A stretch of DNA of 64,000 bases from Podarcis vaucheri. Taxonomy: Eukaryota. Shown in pieces: positions 13,064 through 26,153 of the stretch. The translations under genes and the position numbers were made by a program. Within the stretch, counting starts at the first letter, position 1, and every line of letters starts with the position of its first letter. The stretch lies in the NCBI GenBank assembly GCA_965113315.1, contig OZ220368.1. One strand, given 5' to 3'. The notes under the pieces are model-generated. The model ran no database searches, was not told where the DNA came from, and was given only the letters and a program-made list of their open reading frames with translations.

Positions 13064-13795
13064 GGGACGCAGGTGGCACTGTGGCCTAAACCACTGAGCC
13101 TAGGGCTTGCCGATCGGAAGGTCGGCGGTTTGAATTCCCGCGATGGGGTGAGCTCCCATTGCTTGGTCCCTGCTCCTGTCAACCTAGCAGTTCGAAAGCA
13201 CATCAAAGTGCAAGTAGATAAATAGGTACCGCTCTGGCGGGAAGGTAAACGGCGTTTCCATGCACTGCTCTGGTTTTGCAAGAAGCGGCTTAGTCATGCT
13301 GGCTACTGTCTGCGGACAAATGTCGGCTCCCTCAGCCAGTAAAGCGAGATGAGCGCCGCAACCCCAGAGTCGTTCACGACTGGACTTAACTGTCTTTTTT
13401 TTTTTTAGAAGTTTTTATTGGATTTTACAAAGTATAGAAGAAATGCAAAGACAGGAGCAAGAAAAAAAAATAGAAGCACAAATACATACTACAAAATACA
13501 ACAACACACACATTAAGCACAAAAGATACAAAATACATACGTTAAAAACTAATAACAAAAAGAAAAGCACATATAAGAAAAAACACAAAAATTCCTTCTT
13601 TCTTAATTTTAGATCTTAAATTCACATATTCTCCTGACTTAAAGGATCCTACAGAGAGTCTGTGCTCCAGACCCTGATTGGTACTAGCTAATTTTGGTAT
13701 AAAAGGTAAAGGCAAAGGACCCCTGACAGTTAAGTCCAGTCCACGACTTAACTTTCAGGGGTCTTAACTTTCAGGGGTCCTTTGCCTTTACCTTT
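13064..13795 (+). mobile_element. Sauria SINE interrupted by a poly(A) retroelement and an inverted duplication
   Basis: Head at 13064, tail ends 13795; TSD TATACCAAAATT at 13051-13062 and 13796-13807. Confidence 0.92.
13395..13638 (-). mobile_element. Poly(A)-tailed retroelement 3' UTR fragment (L1/Tx1-like or retrocopy)
   Basis: T12 run at 13395-13406, minus-strand AATAAA just inside, U-rich body on minus. Confidence 0.7.
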
Positions 13796-13858
13796 TATAC
13801 CAAAATTAGCTAGTACCAATCAGGGTCTGGAGCACAGACTCTCTGTAGGATCCTTTAA
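13639..13858. repeat. 96-bp inverted repeat (1 mismatch), 28-nt spacer
   Basis: 13639-13734 is the reverse complement of 13763-13858; spacer holds a 16-bp tandem duplication CTTAACTTTCAGGGGT. Confidence 0.93.
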
Positions 13859-14423
13859 ATATTTTGTGTGTGATTTAAGGTATTGCAAGGAGAGAGTTTG
13901 GTCATGAAGAATGTGCATCTGAGGGTGTTTCCTCCCATAGAAGACCCACCCAAGTCAATTCCTATGGCTTTCTTTTTCTTTTTGCAGATCCCATATTAAA
14001 AAAGGAACAGAAAAGAAAAGAAAAGGAGGGTCTTTAAGTTTCTTCATGTCAGTCATTTGCTCTTCAGCAATCTTCCATAGTAAAATTGTGTCTTGCTGCT
14101 GCAGCACTGTAGCACTCATTGGACAGCCTTGTAGTCCCAAATGGTGTACTGTTGCATTTTCTGGATTCATTCAGGAAGATCTTTTGTAAAAGCTGGTCCA
14201 AGAGTGATGCAAAACCAAAGAGCCATCATTAATGCTATCGGTGTACCATTCCTGTTTTTATAGGGTTCAGTAAATGTGATCCCTGCTCAATTATTAATGA
14301 GCTGTCTCACTGAACTGAAGAAAGAGTAGGGGGGGGGGAACAGGACCAGTTTTGCTGCTGAAAACCAGTTGTCTATAGAGTCTAGGCTGAACCTACTTCA
14401 CATATTGTGCTGTCTACACTGTA

Positions 14424-14664
14424 CAGTGGAACCTTGGGCTATGTACCATCCTCCTTACGAATGCTTCAGGTTACGAGCGCCGCTAATCGGAAAGTAGGTG
14501 CTCCTGGTAGCGAACTTTGCTCCAGGATGCGAGCAGAAGTCGTGCGCTGGTGGTGCGGCAGCAGCGGAGGCCCCATTACTGAAAGAGCACCTCAGGTTAA
14601 GAACGGGTTCAGGTTAAGAACGGACCTCCAGAATGAATTAAGTTCGTAACTGGAGGTATCACTG
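14424..14664. mobile_element. Tc1/mariner (Tigger-like) MITE
   Basis: TA-CAGTGGAACCT ... AGGTATCACTG-TA. Confidence 0.85.
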
Positions 14665-15429
14665 TATATGCATTTCCATGTAGGGAAAGCAACAATCAGG
14701 GGCACTAGTTAAATGCCCCTATTACAACCAAACTGCAATTGATAGGACACATTGAGTGGACATGCTTCACTTGTTTCATGGTGCTGCTGGTGCTACTTTG
14801 ATGTCTTCTTGCACCTCTGCAGCACCATGTATCTCTAGGCCCAGGTTGCAGTTTATTTTTAAATCTAGTGTGAATTCATCTGAGAGCTTGAGTTAGAAGA
14901 CACACAAGTCAAAACATCTCATGATAATTGTTTCCAGAAGCCGCATCAGCAGCTTGATTGACGTATTTCTCATCAATAAGTTGGGCATGTTTACTTCTGT
15001 GTACCAAGCATTTTTGCATAAGTGGAAAAGGCACCTTCTCGGGGATGATGGAAAAGTATTTTGGAAATGAGTGAGGTCAGGAATTACAGAAATCATCCAG
15101 CCATTACCACCTAAGGCCAACCCTCTTCTGAATTTTGGTTTGGCATCAGGCTCTCCTCCCTTTCTTCCTTTTTTTCAAGTTTACCAAGTTGTGATGGGGG
15201 AAAGAAGGGGAGGACAAAACAACGGCTGAGAAGACTTTTTAAATCATTCAACTCTGCAATGAAAGCTTCTGAGCATGTTTAGAATCTGTGCTGCTGATGT
15301 GATCTCAGGGAAGACCAATTTTCAGCTCATTATTCATTGACCAAAGACTTGTTCATATGTTACACCAAACACATGTACAAACTGTCCGTACGCATGTACA
15401 CATGTTTGTGTGAAAGCATGTTCACTATT

Positions 15430-15722
15430 CAGCTCAGATGCTGAGATCTAGCTCCAAGGGCCTTCTGGAAGTTCCCTCACTGCAAGAAGTGAGATTACCG
15501 GGAACCAGGCAGAGGGCCTTATCAGTAGTGGCACCCACCTTGTGGAACACCCTCCCTTCAAATGTCAAGGAAATAATATACAACCTTTAGAAGACATCTG
15601 AAGGCTGTCCTGTATCAGAAAGTTTTTAATGTTCAATGTTTTGTTATGTTTGTATATATGCTGGAAGCTGCCCAGAGTGGTTGGATTAACCCAGTCAGAT
15701 GGGGTACAAATAATAAAATTAT
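15430..15722 (+). mobile_element. L2 LINE 3' fragment
   Basis: Homologous, in opposite orientation, to 16490-16790; RAxSVVAPxLWNxLP-type C-terminal motif and AT-rich tail. Confidence 0.8.
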
Positions 15723-16436
15723 TTTGGGGGTGATGACACTTGTTGAATTGTGCAACTGAGCTATTGTGCACACAGGTACATGCACTACATACCCAATGAT
15801 TATTAGATTTGAATAACTATCGGTGTGTACAGCTCAGCATGGGCACACTGATTTTATGCTAATTGATTTTAACATGGAAGTGGCCATATAAGCGATGTTA
15901 GAAGAATTTGCTAAAGTCAGGAGAGGCAAGCTAACCCAAGGATGATGGACAATGGGCAGCTCTTCTATAGTAATTAATAGGATTGTGAAAGCTGCATAAG
16001 ATGTTTCATAGTGCAATACTCTGCATATCTACTCAGAAGCACCATTGATTTTATTGGGGCTTTCTCCCAAATAAATGGCTAGAGAATTGTAGCCTCCGTC
16101 ATCTTTTTTTATTTTTCATACCAGGTAAATTAATGAACCTATCTACCAGAGGTTCTTGTAATCCTTTTGCCAGCCTCTCAGAAAAGAAATGTCAAGCACT
16201 GCAGCAACTTGATTTTCTGTTCTAACAATTAGAGTATATCACAGGCCACACAACAAGATCAATACCTGTCTGGTAAACTGTTAATAAGTGACAGCAAAAG
16301 ACTGAATGTCTATAAAGAAATAACTTCTTTAAATGCCATTTTTGAAGAAACCAGAGCCACCATATTTATTTATTTACTTATAATTTACTCAATGTATAAT
16401 TAAACCATGCATATCTCATCTATCTTGAATCAGATA

Positions 16437-16456
16437 TAATAATAATAATAATAATA

Positions 16457-16492
<36 letters not shown>

Positions 16493-16822
16493 TTATTTAT
16501 ACGCCGCCCATCTGGCTGGGTTTCCCCAGCCACTCTGGGTGGCTTCCAACTGAATATTAAAAACAATACAGCATCAGACATTAAAAACTTTCCTGAACAG
16601 GGCCACCTTCAGTTGTTTTTTAAAAGTAAAATAGTTGTTTATTGCCTTGAAATCTGCTGGGAGGACGTTCCACAAGGTGGGCGCCACTACCGAGAAGGCC
16701 CTCTGCCTGGTTCCCTGTAACCTTACTTCTTGCAGCGAGGGAACCGCCAGAAGGCCCTTGGAGCTAGATCTCAGTGTCTGCGCTGGATGATGGGGATGGA
16801 GGCGCTCCTTTAGGTATACAGG
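16437..16822 (-). mobile_element. L2 LINE 3' fragment with (AAT)n tail
   Basis: ORF 16574-16834 has YLKERL...TLRSS...RAFSVVAPTLWNVLP...FKKQLK, an L2 ORF2 C-terminus. Confidence 0.88.
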
Positions 16823-16859
16823 TATATATTGCAAAACATTGGCTGCCAGTTTGTTTTCA

Positions 16860-17430
16860 GGCTCAGTTCAAGGTACTCAGTGTTTAAACCTTTTGGCCTC
16901 CCAAATTGGAAAAACCATTTCCTCCCCCAAAGTCCATGTCACAGGTTAATATTGTCAGAGTGAGGATCTTTTGGAAGTTCTCCACCCTAGATGGAGGTGG
17001 CATCCCGGGAGAGGGCATTCTCTGTAGAAGCCCTTAAGCTATGGAATTCCCTCTCTGCAAAGGTGTATCTGGCATCTTCATTCTGAAGTTTTCATCAGAT
17101 ACTGAAGGCACACCTCTTTGCCCTGGCCTTTGACATGTGAGATGCAAATTTTAAGACAACACAGATCAGAAATAACTTTGTATGCCCATCTCTACTCTCA
17201 AGAAGAATGTGTATACCTAATGCATTATGAATCTTAGGCACCTGCTGCTGATGCAACCTTTTTGCTTTTGCACATTTTAGCGGTATTACTGTTTGTGTCT
17301 ATGCCTGTTGCTATTGTTTCAGAATTACTGTTTGCCGAGAGTGGTTTTTATTCCTGCTTATTATTTATGTTGTGTTTTACATTTTTGGTAAAAAGCAGGG
17401 AATAAATATTTTAAATAAACAAATAAATAA
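16860..17430 (+). mobile_element. Older L2 3' fragment
   Basis: GAGAGGGCATTCTCTGT...CTATGGAATTCCCT...CTGAAGGCACACCTCTTT motif and AAAT tail. Confidence 0.6.
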
Positions 17431-19007
17431 ATATGCACAGGAAACCCATTGCCAACTGTGGCAGATGGAACTCTTTGAGTACATGGGGCACTTTCCCTTG
17501 TCATTGCACCATTTGCTACCATATAGCTAGATGGCAGCCCACGTGTTCATTCTTTCTGGATCTGGTCATACCGCATGCACAGACTGTCCACTTCTGTCTT
17601 TGCATCCAAATTTGTTGCATTCCCAATGGTGAGAAAGATGCCCTATGTTTCTTCCACATTCATAGCAGCCAAACCTCTGTCTCAGGAAATGCAGGTGCTC
17701 AGTGTCATCTATGGCACTGGCCAAATGTGTTCATGACCAATGGCTCACATCACACTCATTTCTTCCAGCTGTTCTGTCATAGCGATTTATATAGGAAGGC
17801 AAACTCAGGAAATATTCCTGATTGCAAGGTGGGGGCCAGCGGGCACTGAACATGTATTTTTGGTGTTGGAGACCTGCAGTTTGTCTTTCTCTGCCTTCTG
17901 GAAAAATGTGTATACCTCATTTATTTGCCTTTTCAACTTCATTGGCTCTCTTGATTGGCTATTACTAGGCAATAGCCAAATGCTTTTTTTTTTTAAGAAG
18001 AAAAAAAGAGAAAAGAACGGGCTGATCATAGCAATGGTAGCCAAGGTTTCCTCTGCATATTTTTTTACAATTTATTCCTCTTGTTTTACAGCCAGGCTTC
18101 TGCTAGCGCTTGGACTGGTTCAATACACTCTACTAAATGTTCATTGTATCTGCCACCTTCTTATCCTATTTCAGTAGAAAGAAATCAATGGGAATTGATT
18201 TTGAAATGTCCAGCCTTATCAGGTATTGACTGAGAAGATAGTACTGTGTATGGATTTTAACAAAGCCTAGAATGCGGGAAATGACAACCTAGGACTAAAA
18301 GGATGGTTGGATTCTCGCTTATTTTACAAGTTTATCCCTCTCATTGCCCCTGGCCCTTGGATAGTGCCAATTCCCTCTTGATGGCTCTCCACTAAAGCCG
18401 GATTCTAGTGGAATATTACATGGGCTGGAGGAAAAAGCAGTTGCACTTGGAAATACAAACGGTGCCAGCAAATGCTATTTCAGCAATTATCCATGTTTAG
18501 CAATTATGCTAATGTTGATTCTCAAAAGGCTGTTATTTGCTCAGCATGTTCTTCATACATTATCTCTGTACCTGTCTAACCCTGTATTTTCACATGCACT
18601 ATTACAGGTTGTTTGTCAAGTTAAGTGATGTTTTCAGTAGGGAGTGTTGTCAAGGCACTGTTGGTTTTGCAGGATTCCTAGTCCCACCCACCCTACTTTG
18701 CAAATCCTACACAGTTTCTGCCATGAACAGAAAATTGCAGAAGCCTTAAAGGGGAGAGGAACAAATCTCACCGTGTTCACAAAAGCTCTTTTTGTTCCCT
18801 GAAAGGAGTAGTGAGGGCTTTGGTTTAGAATACAAAGGTGGCCAACTAGCTAGTGGGTTCTTTGATGCCATGTTTAACAGGAAGATGGCTATTCAGAGCC
18901 ATTCAAATACTAATTTAAGATACTCTGGAAGTTTGTAAACCAAACAGTATCAAATATTTTAAAGAAATAAGGACAGATAAATAAAATATGTCAGAATATG
19001 GAGGAAG

Positions 19008-19520
<513 letters not shown>

Positions 19521-20039
19521 GGACTAAACTCTCCATAGGCTGGAGTCACTTCACCTTGCAGATAGGCAAGAAATCGTTTTAGTAGTTCAAAAAAATATAT
19601 GTCATTGCTGTGACCACCTTTCTCCTTCCTTGCTTGCTTCTGTGATTTGGCTCAGGGGAAGAGAAGTACTCATAGGGATGGAAGGTATCCAATTCTAAAT
19701 GCTTTTAGCAGAGCACATTGCATGTGTGTAGTGCACACTGGGAAGGGGGATCAGCTTGCTGGAGAGGAATGGGCAGATGGCAATTTGGAATTCTTCACGG
19801 AGGTTTGATTTGTTAATGCTAAATCAATTGGGAACAAGGCTTACGTTCTCCATGCTTCCACCACTGAGCAGCATCTTGTCTGCATCCTTGAAGATAGCTT
19901 TGTTTTAGATGCTGTTCAGATAAATCAGGATTCTAAGGCTGCCAGTTTGCTGTGAAAGAGCGCACAGTTTAGGAGATATGAAATCCTGCCCAAAACCTCC
20001 ACTACAGGGCTCCTCCTTTAGAATGTTTCTTTCGTGGAT

Positions 20040-20440
20040 TGGGATGGGCGAATCTGACAACTGTGGCTTCTCTCTGTGTCTCAGTTTTTTTAAAAAATCT
20101 TCAGTGTGATTCACCATATTTATGTATCACTTTGTTTTTTTGTGTTTTTTTTAAAGGTCCTCGTGAAAGTTCATCAGCATTTCGGTATGCAAGTCTGCCT
20201 AATAGACACATTTTTGCAAAGTAATTCTCCTTAATAGATGTTATTTTCAACAATATCTGCATTTTTACACACTCTTCACCCTTGTATATACATTTTTGTG
20301 CACACTATTTGCACTGCACTGAAAAATTCAGAGAAATCAAAGAATGGCTGTGTTTTGGATTGCATACTGTTTCACAAGTTGCAGATTAGGTAAGTCCCTA
20401 TTTAAATGTGAACACGATCAGACTTCAACCCCAACCCTAC
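20040..20440. mobile_element. Non-autonomous DNA transposon (AGGGATGGG-type termini), old
   Basis: Similar to 42176-42940, about 30920-31110 (reverse) and about 48990-49182; shared GAATGGCTGTGTTT...TTTAAATGTGAAC block. Confidence 0.6.
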
Positions 20441-21180
20441 CTACCTATAGGTGGTTCATCTTGCTAAATCCCCATATCCAGCCCCCAGGGCAGTGTGAAC
20501 TGTTTCCCCTATAGAACAGAGATTTCAAGAATAATGCTGAAGAGGCATGCCCCAATGGCATATTTGGAGTGAAAGAGACTGGATCCATGCACCCCCTCTT
20601 TTTCCCATTCCTCCCAACAGAATATTGTGACTGCATGCATATGCACTACTGAGCATCTAGGTCTATGGAATGGGTCCAAATCTTTCAGCTGTGACATGCT
20701 ATTTACTATGCGTACTGTCTGGGCAATTCATCTTTAGCATAGGTAATTCATTCCCTCTGGCCGCTATACTTTGCCTTCAAAATTCAGTCAGAACTCAGCT
20801 CCACATTACATTCTTTAATCTTAGAATATTCAGCTTTACCTACAAGCACAGAGCATAATGCACAACATTAAATTTAGTTGGGCATTTCAGGCAATATCAG
20901 ATGATGTCATTCCACTGGTGGAAGGACCTTTGAACTGGCAGAGGAAATCGTTAACACAGGCAGAGGGGAGGCATTTCCCCCCAAGTCCCCATCCCCATGG
21001 AATCCCCCTGTGTACACCCCCCAACAAAGTGCAGGACCCACCAGACCAGTGTGTAATATTGCTTGTGAGGTGTAGGGAGCAACACCAGAAAAGGGAGTTG
21101 TCAGAAAAAGAAAACACACACACACACACACACCTTCTTCCATTTTAACAGATACCTCCACTGGATTAAAAGCTTTTGCA

Positions 21181-21990
21181 TGTTCAGACCCAGAAACCTC
21201 CCCCCTAAATAAATTCACACTTGACTCAAATTTGGTTTTTGGTTTTAGGCAGAATTTAGGCCACAGCTTTATTGATTACAGAAAGTGAATGGTTGCATAG
21301 GCTGTGGTTCGACTAGCTCCCTGCCATGCAGGTACTGTAGTGCTGACCCAGGGTTCCAGCATAGGTCAGCCAAGGGTGAACACCTAGATAAGCAGAAAGC
21401 CGGGGACAGGCTATCTCCACCACCCAAATGTCCCCCTGGACTCAAGCATGGGCACAACCTCCTCTCAGGGGTTTACCAAGCTATCGAGTCCCTGGATTCC
21501 TTTAATGGAATACCCTTCACATAGGGATGGTGAGTGCGTTCTCCCATCCCTATCACCTGAATCAGAGCCTATCCGCAACCTTACAAGTTGTGAAGATTTG
21601 CTACGCGGCAGGCGAAACCCAAATGGCAATAGCCAATCAGCCAAGTGGGGAAAATCCTGCCGTGCCCCTGTCCCAACGACAGGTGACACATGAAAGCATA
21701 GCAAGGTCAAGCGCAAAGCCCTAAAAGTAGGGAGAGGTGTGTGTGTGGGGGTGTTCTGAATGTACGCGCCGAAAGAGGAAGCTCTGGGTCATGTGCATGG
21801 GTATAAATAGGTCCCTTGAAGCGTTTGGACTGTGTCCCATTGGCCAGATTGCACCCAGCTACGAGGGACCTACCAATCAGGTGTTGTGGCTGACCAATCG
21901 TACCCACCCACAACACAGGGTGTCGGTGTCTAGGTCTCACCACAATACATGCCCTCTTTAAGGGAGGACCCGATTTCCCAGAGAAGAGCA
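21181..21990 (-). mobile_element. Solo LTR (about 810 bp)
   Basis: TGTTC...GAGCA termini, 5-bp TSD TTGCA/TTGGA; CCAAT cluster about 21840-21900, TATA-like box about 21803-21810, minus-strand AATAAA about 21268-21273. Confidence 0.75.
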
Positions 21991-24900
21991 TTGGATATCA
22001 GCCTTTGCTTGGAAATACTGGTAAATAAGTAACTAAAACTTTCTCACAACTGCATACAATTATAAAGAATGCTAGCAATTTTCATTGTAACTTTGGCCAT
22101 TAGCAGAAAGTAAATGTGCTTCCCTTCTGTTTATGGTGTACTAAAAAACTTTAAAAAAAGAAAAGAAAATCAACGCATTAAACAACTTTTTCATATATAT
22201 ATATATAAAACCAACCTACAGTGACAATAAAGATGAAACTAAACTAAGTTCTAAAAGCAGGAAGGCTGCATGTAGGGTGACACGAATATAGGATACAACT
22301 AGTGTGAGGGCTATCTATCTCAATAACTCATGCCAGAAGTGAGAGATTAAAGCCTATCCAGGAAAATCAAATATTTTGGCCATAGAATGCTGTGATATTG
22401 CTACGAGAACCTTCACAAAGAAGTATTCATCTTCAAACGCTAAAGCCAAGCAAAGTCCGATGTGGACTGATTTGGCAACTCTTGGCTTTGAGGGGAGTAA
22501 CTGAGCTCTAATTGTGTCCTCCTTTAAATGGCTACATTAAATGGCTCCTATTGAAAGGTGGCTCTTTCCACCCATGTCACGTCCTTTAATGGACAAACTG
22601 TTCTTTATTGAAGTTGGCTTTTCCTTTTCTCATTGGAACGGCTGCATCAAAGCTCTTTTCTAATATGCTGTCCCATTTCCGAGCAGCTTAGTGTTTGGCA
22701 CTTATTTCTTGCTGTTGCCTTTTGCAAGTTCCTCATCAATTAAAGTTTTGGAGATATTTTTCTTTTAAATCAAGACAGAGCCATGATATTTAACTAAACA
22801 ATGATGAAAGTGTCAGTAAAAGCACATTAAGGAATGGTGCTAAAGGCATTTTCAACTGTGACTATAAGGACTGCACTGAATGTTCTCCTATTGAAAGTAT
22901 TCTTTTAGTCTTGGTCTCTTTCATTATTTCTCCTCTCTGTTATGGATTAGCATCATTCCTCCACTTCTCATTATTGCATCTTCTTCCTGATAGGCATCAT
23001 GGCTCATCCCAGACAATTCTTTTAATGGATGCCTGATTATATATTGTACCTTCTGTATGTTTATTTCTTGTTTTGTAATTTGCTGTAAGACTTTCACTAA
23101 ACTAAGAAATTGGGAATCACAAGTGAACAGGGTGATGTCATGATTTGGGATGTCACAGAATTCCAACAGAAAAGAATAAGTGTGCAAAAAAAAATTCAGT
23201 TCATGCATTTGTTCATTGTCAGGAATGGATCGTGAAAATGGAGGTTGCATTTGTTGCCAGTAGATTCACCCCCACCGCCACCCTCACAGATATGCAATTA
23301 ATAGCATTAATGAAGCTTGATTAGCTGTTTATTTTAACATGGTTACTAATCTGGCATTTGCATTCTGTAGACTATAATGGCAGAGAAAAGATAAATACAA
23401 TTTACATATTCTTCAACTCCTCCTGTCATGATGAGGTGATGATGGTTGTTGATTGTACCCTTTGCTATATTCTAACTTCTTGTTGTGCGTGCTATGATGC
23501 TCCACGCATTTACTTGGATATAAGCTCCACTGAAACCGACTTCTGAGTAAATATGTGCACCACACCTTTTGAGAACCACTGCCTTAACTGGATGTAAACC
23601 CCACTGAATTCTATGGCATCTATTTCTGAGTAGAGAAGGCTTGCAAATTATACATTTGTACTCCCCCCCAAAAAAAAACCTGTGAGAAATTTGCTCAGTC
23701 CTCGCCCCCTGTCATCTGTAGCTGTGTCAAACATCATTAGCACCCTGAAGGCATGAGGCACAACTGAAATTAGTCAATATCTGCTCCTTCTTGTCTTCTG
23801 TGTATAGGATTGAGGCTGCAATCCTTAACTCCTTACCTGAAAGTAAGCCCAATTGAATTCAATGGGTCTCGCCTCTGAGTAGACATATTTACGCTTGCAG
23901 CCTGTGCTACTACTACCATTCTCCTCCAACTGTCCAAGTGTGCTGGGCATCTTGATGGGTCATTAGCTACTTCATTTACTTCAAAAATGCAATTCTAAAA
24001 CACAGAAGAAGCAGGAAACACTTTAACATGAAATCAGGTGCCGATAACAACAAAAAGCATGTACCATTCCGAGCATAGGGAAACATGAGTTGAATAATGG
24101 TGTGTTTTGCAGAAACTGAATTACAGCACAAAGGAATCAGCTCTTCATCAGGCAAATGCATGACAGAATGGACATTGCTAACTTCATCCCCAGTGCATAG
24201 AAAAATAACCACATAGGACCTCCCTACATGACTTCTGCGCGTGCATTTCGCTGGGTTACAAACAGTTCAGATTCTATATGCAGACATTTGTATACACATA
24301 AGCTCTGAGATCAGAGATAAGCGTCATCCCACTATTTTCTTCATTCTTAATGTGACAGAGGTAGCATATTAATAGAATTACAGTGTTTGACTTGCAAAGG
24401 TTTCATGTTGAGCTGCTGCTAGGGTCTCTGAGCTAGGTTTTCTTTTTTTGCAAGTGGCTTCTGGCTGATCCATATGGAATCAGATGATTTGTGGCCTGTT
24501 CTTGCATGAGGCCTAAGTATCCTATCATTAGGTTTGTAAAATAATGTTTGCTATGTTGTGTTTCAGCTCTGGGTGCTTTCCTTTGCCTTCCTGCTACCTG
24601 AATTAGCATCCCTGCTGCCATTCAGCAGGAAATGTGGGGCTTGTGTAAAGAGGGAAAGATGACTCCAGTGCTATATGTGTGAGGATTAGAGTTTGCTGTT
24701 AATAGCTTTGAGCTCAAAGCAGCTTGAGAATGGAGGGGGAGATCTGATTCAAAGAAGAAAAATGATAATTTGGGCCTGGAGGGAATTGGGGAGAGCCTTG
24801 GCCAAATTGGAAATTACCTTTTGGTGCTCTTACGCTGTAATCCCTGCAACTCCAATTATAGCAGAAAGATAAACTGTTTGACGGTGTCTTACAGCACCCT

Positions 24901-25602
24901 GCCTTGTACACGACTTAATCCATCCAATAAGTCTTAATGAAATCATTATTCTTATGACGTCTAATTATAGTTTCTTGGGCCTCTAAGCACAGTGGAGTAT
25001 AAAGGATGGTATTGAATTCACTTCTAAATGGGGAATAAAAGAGCAGACTGAAGCTCAGCTCCTACAATGCTTCTGAGGCGCTTTCTGCGTCGTTGCATTT
25101 AATTCAGCAGGAAGATTTGATGCGAAGCACATATCAGGGGTTGGCGATAGGGAGCTGGCTTGGGTTATGAGGCAAAGTCGATCGCTACATTGGGCTGGAG
25201 CTATTTCAGCTCTTACAGATGACAGGCTGTGCATGTTGTTTTTTTCTCCATGGCCTTCCTAATCAATTATCAGTCATCCAAGACAGAGATGATTAGTAAC
25301 TTCACACTGGCTGGGAGAGGCATCCAATAAAACTTCATTTGGAAAAAGAAATAAAAAGAAAAAAGAAATAAAGAGTTTCATTTTCCATTGCACAGGTCTA
25401 TGATTGCAAGAGAACTAGCCACATGCCATTCTTAACACTCCTGGGGAGTTGGAGCATATTTGGCTTATTCCCATTTGCTACTTTCAGTTGCCAAAGATGC
25501 AAAGTATGAAGACTCAAGTAGAGTACCTACTAACACCCACCCACCCATTGCTGCTCTTCACTGGTTGGCCATACCAGGAATATCAGTAGACACAGCCCCT
25601 AT

Positions 25603-25603
<1 letters not shown>

Positions 25604-25648
<45 letters not shown>
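25604..25648. repeat. (CT)n microsatellite
   Basis: About 22 CT units. Confidence 0.95.
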
Positions 25649-25650
<2 letters not shown>

Positions 25651-25652
25651 GA

Positions 25653-26153
25653 TGTCAGGATGCTGTCAGCGGCTCCCAGCTGGTTGCCTAGGAAAGCATA
25701 AAGACAAGGAAAAGTTTCTTGCAGTCCCTTTTCATTTCAATCTTTATAGAGCGAGGCTGTAGAACCCAGCCTCTTGGATAATGGTATTGTCCTGAGTGAC
25801 TCTCCACCCCCCGTCTCTCCCACTTCCTCATTCCTCATTCTCAACATCTCTTCTATGGGTGCTGCTACATGCCCTTTGTCTTTGAGCTCTTTGCTCTCCT
25901 ACTTTTAAGGCTCACCAGGCTCTGGGAGATAGAGGATCTGGAATGCTTTCTAATAACAACGTGTCAGCTGGCTGTTGTTCCGGCTCTCCCATGATTACCT
26001 ATGACTTCCCAACTTTCCCCCTCCTCTGCCTCTGAGCTGCAACCTCCCTCAAACCCCTGTTGTAAATCTATACTGTCTTCCTCTTCCTCCTCCCTGGAAG
26101 GGTCAGGATGGGGAGGCAGTTTCCACCATTCCTCCTCTGCCCAGTCTCTGACA
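25653..26153 (-). mobile_element. Solo LTR (about 501 bp), Gypsy-like
   Basis: TGTCAG...CTGACA termini, 5-bp TSD CCTGA/CCTGG; homologous to 33901-34405. Confidence 0.78.
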
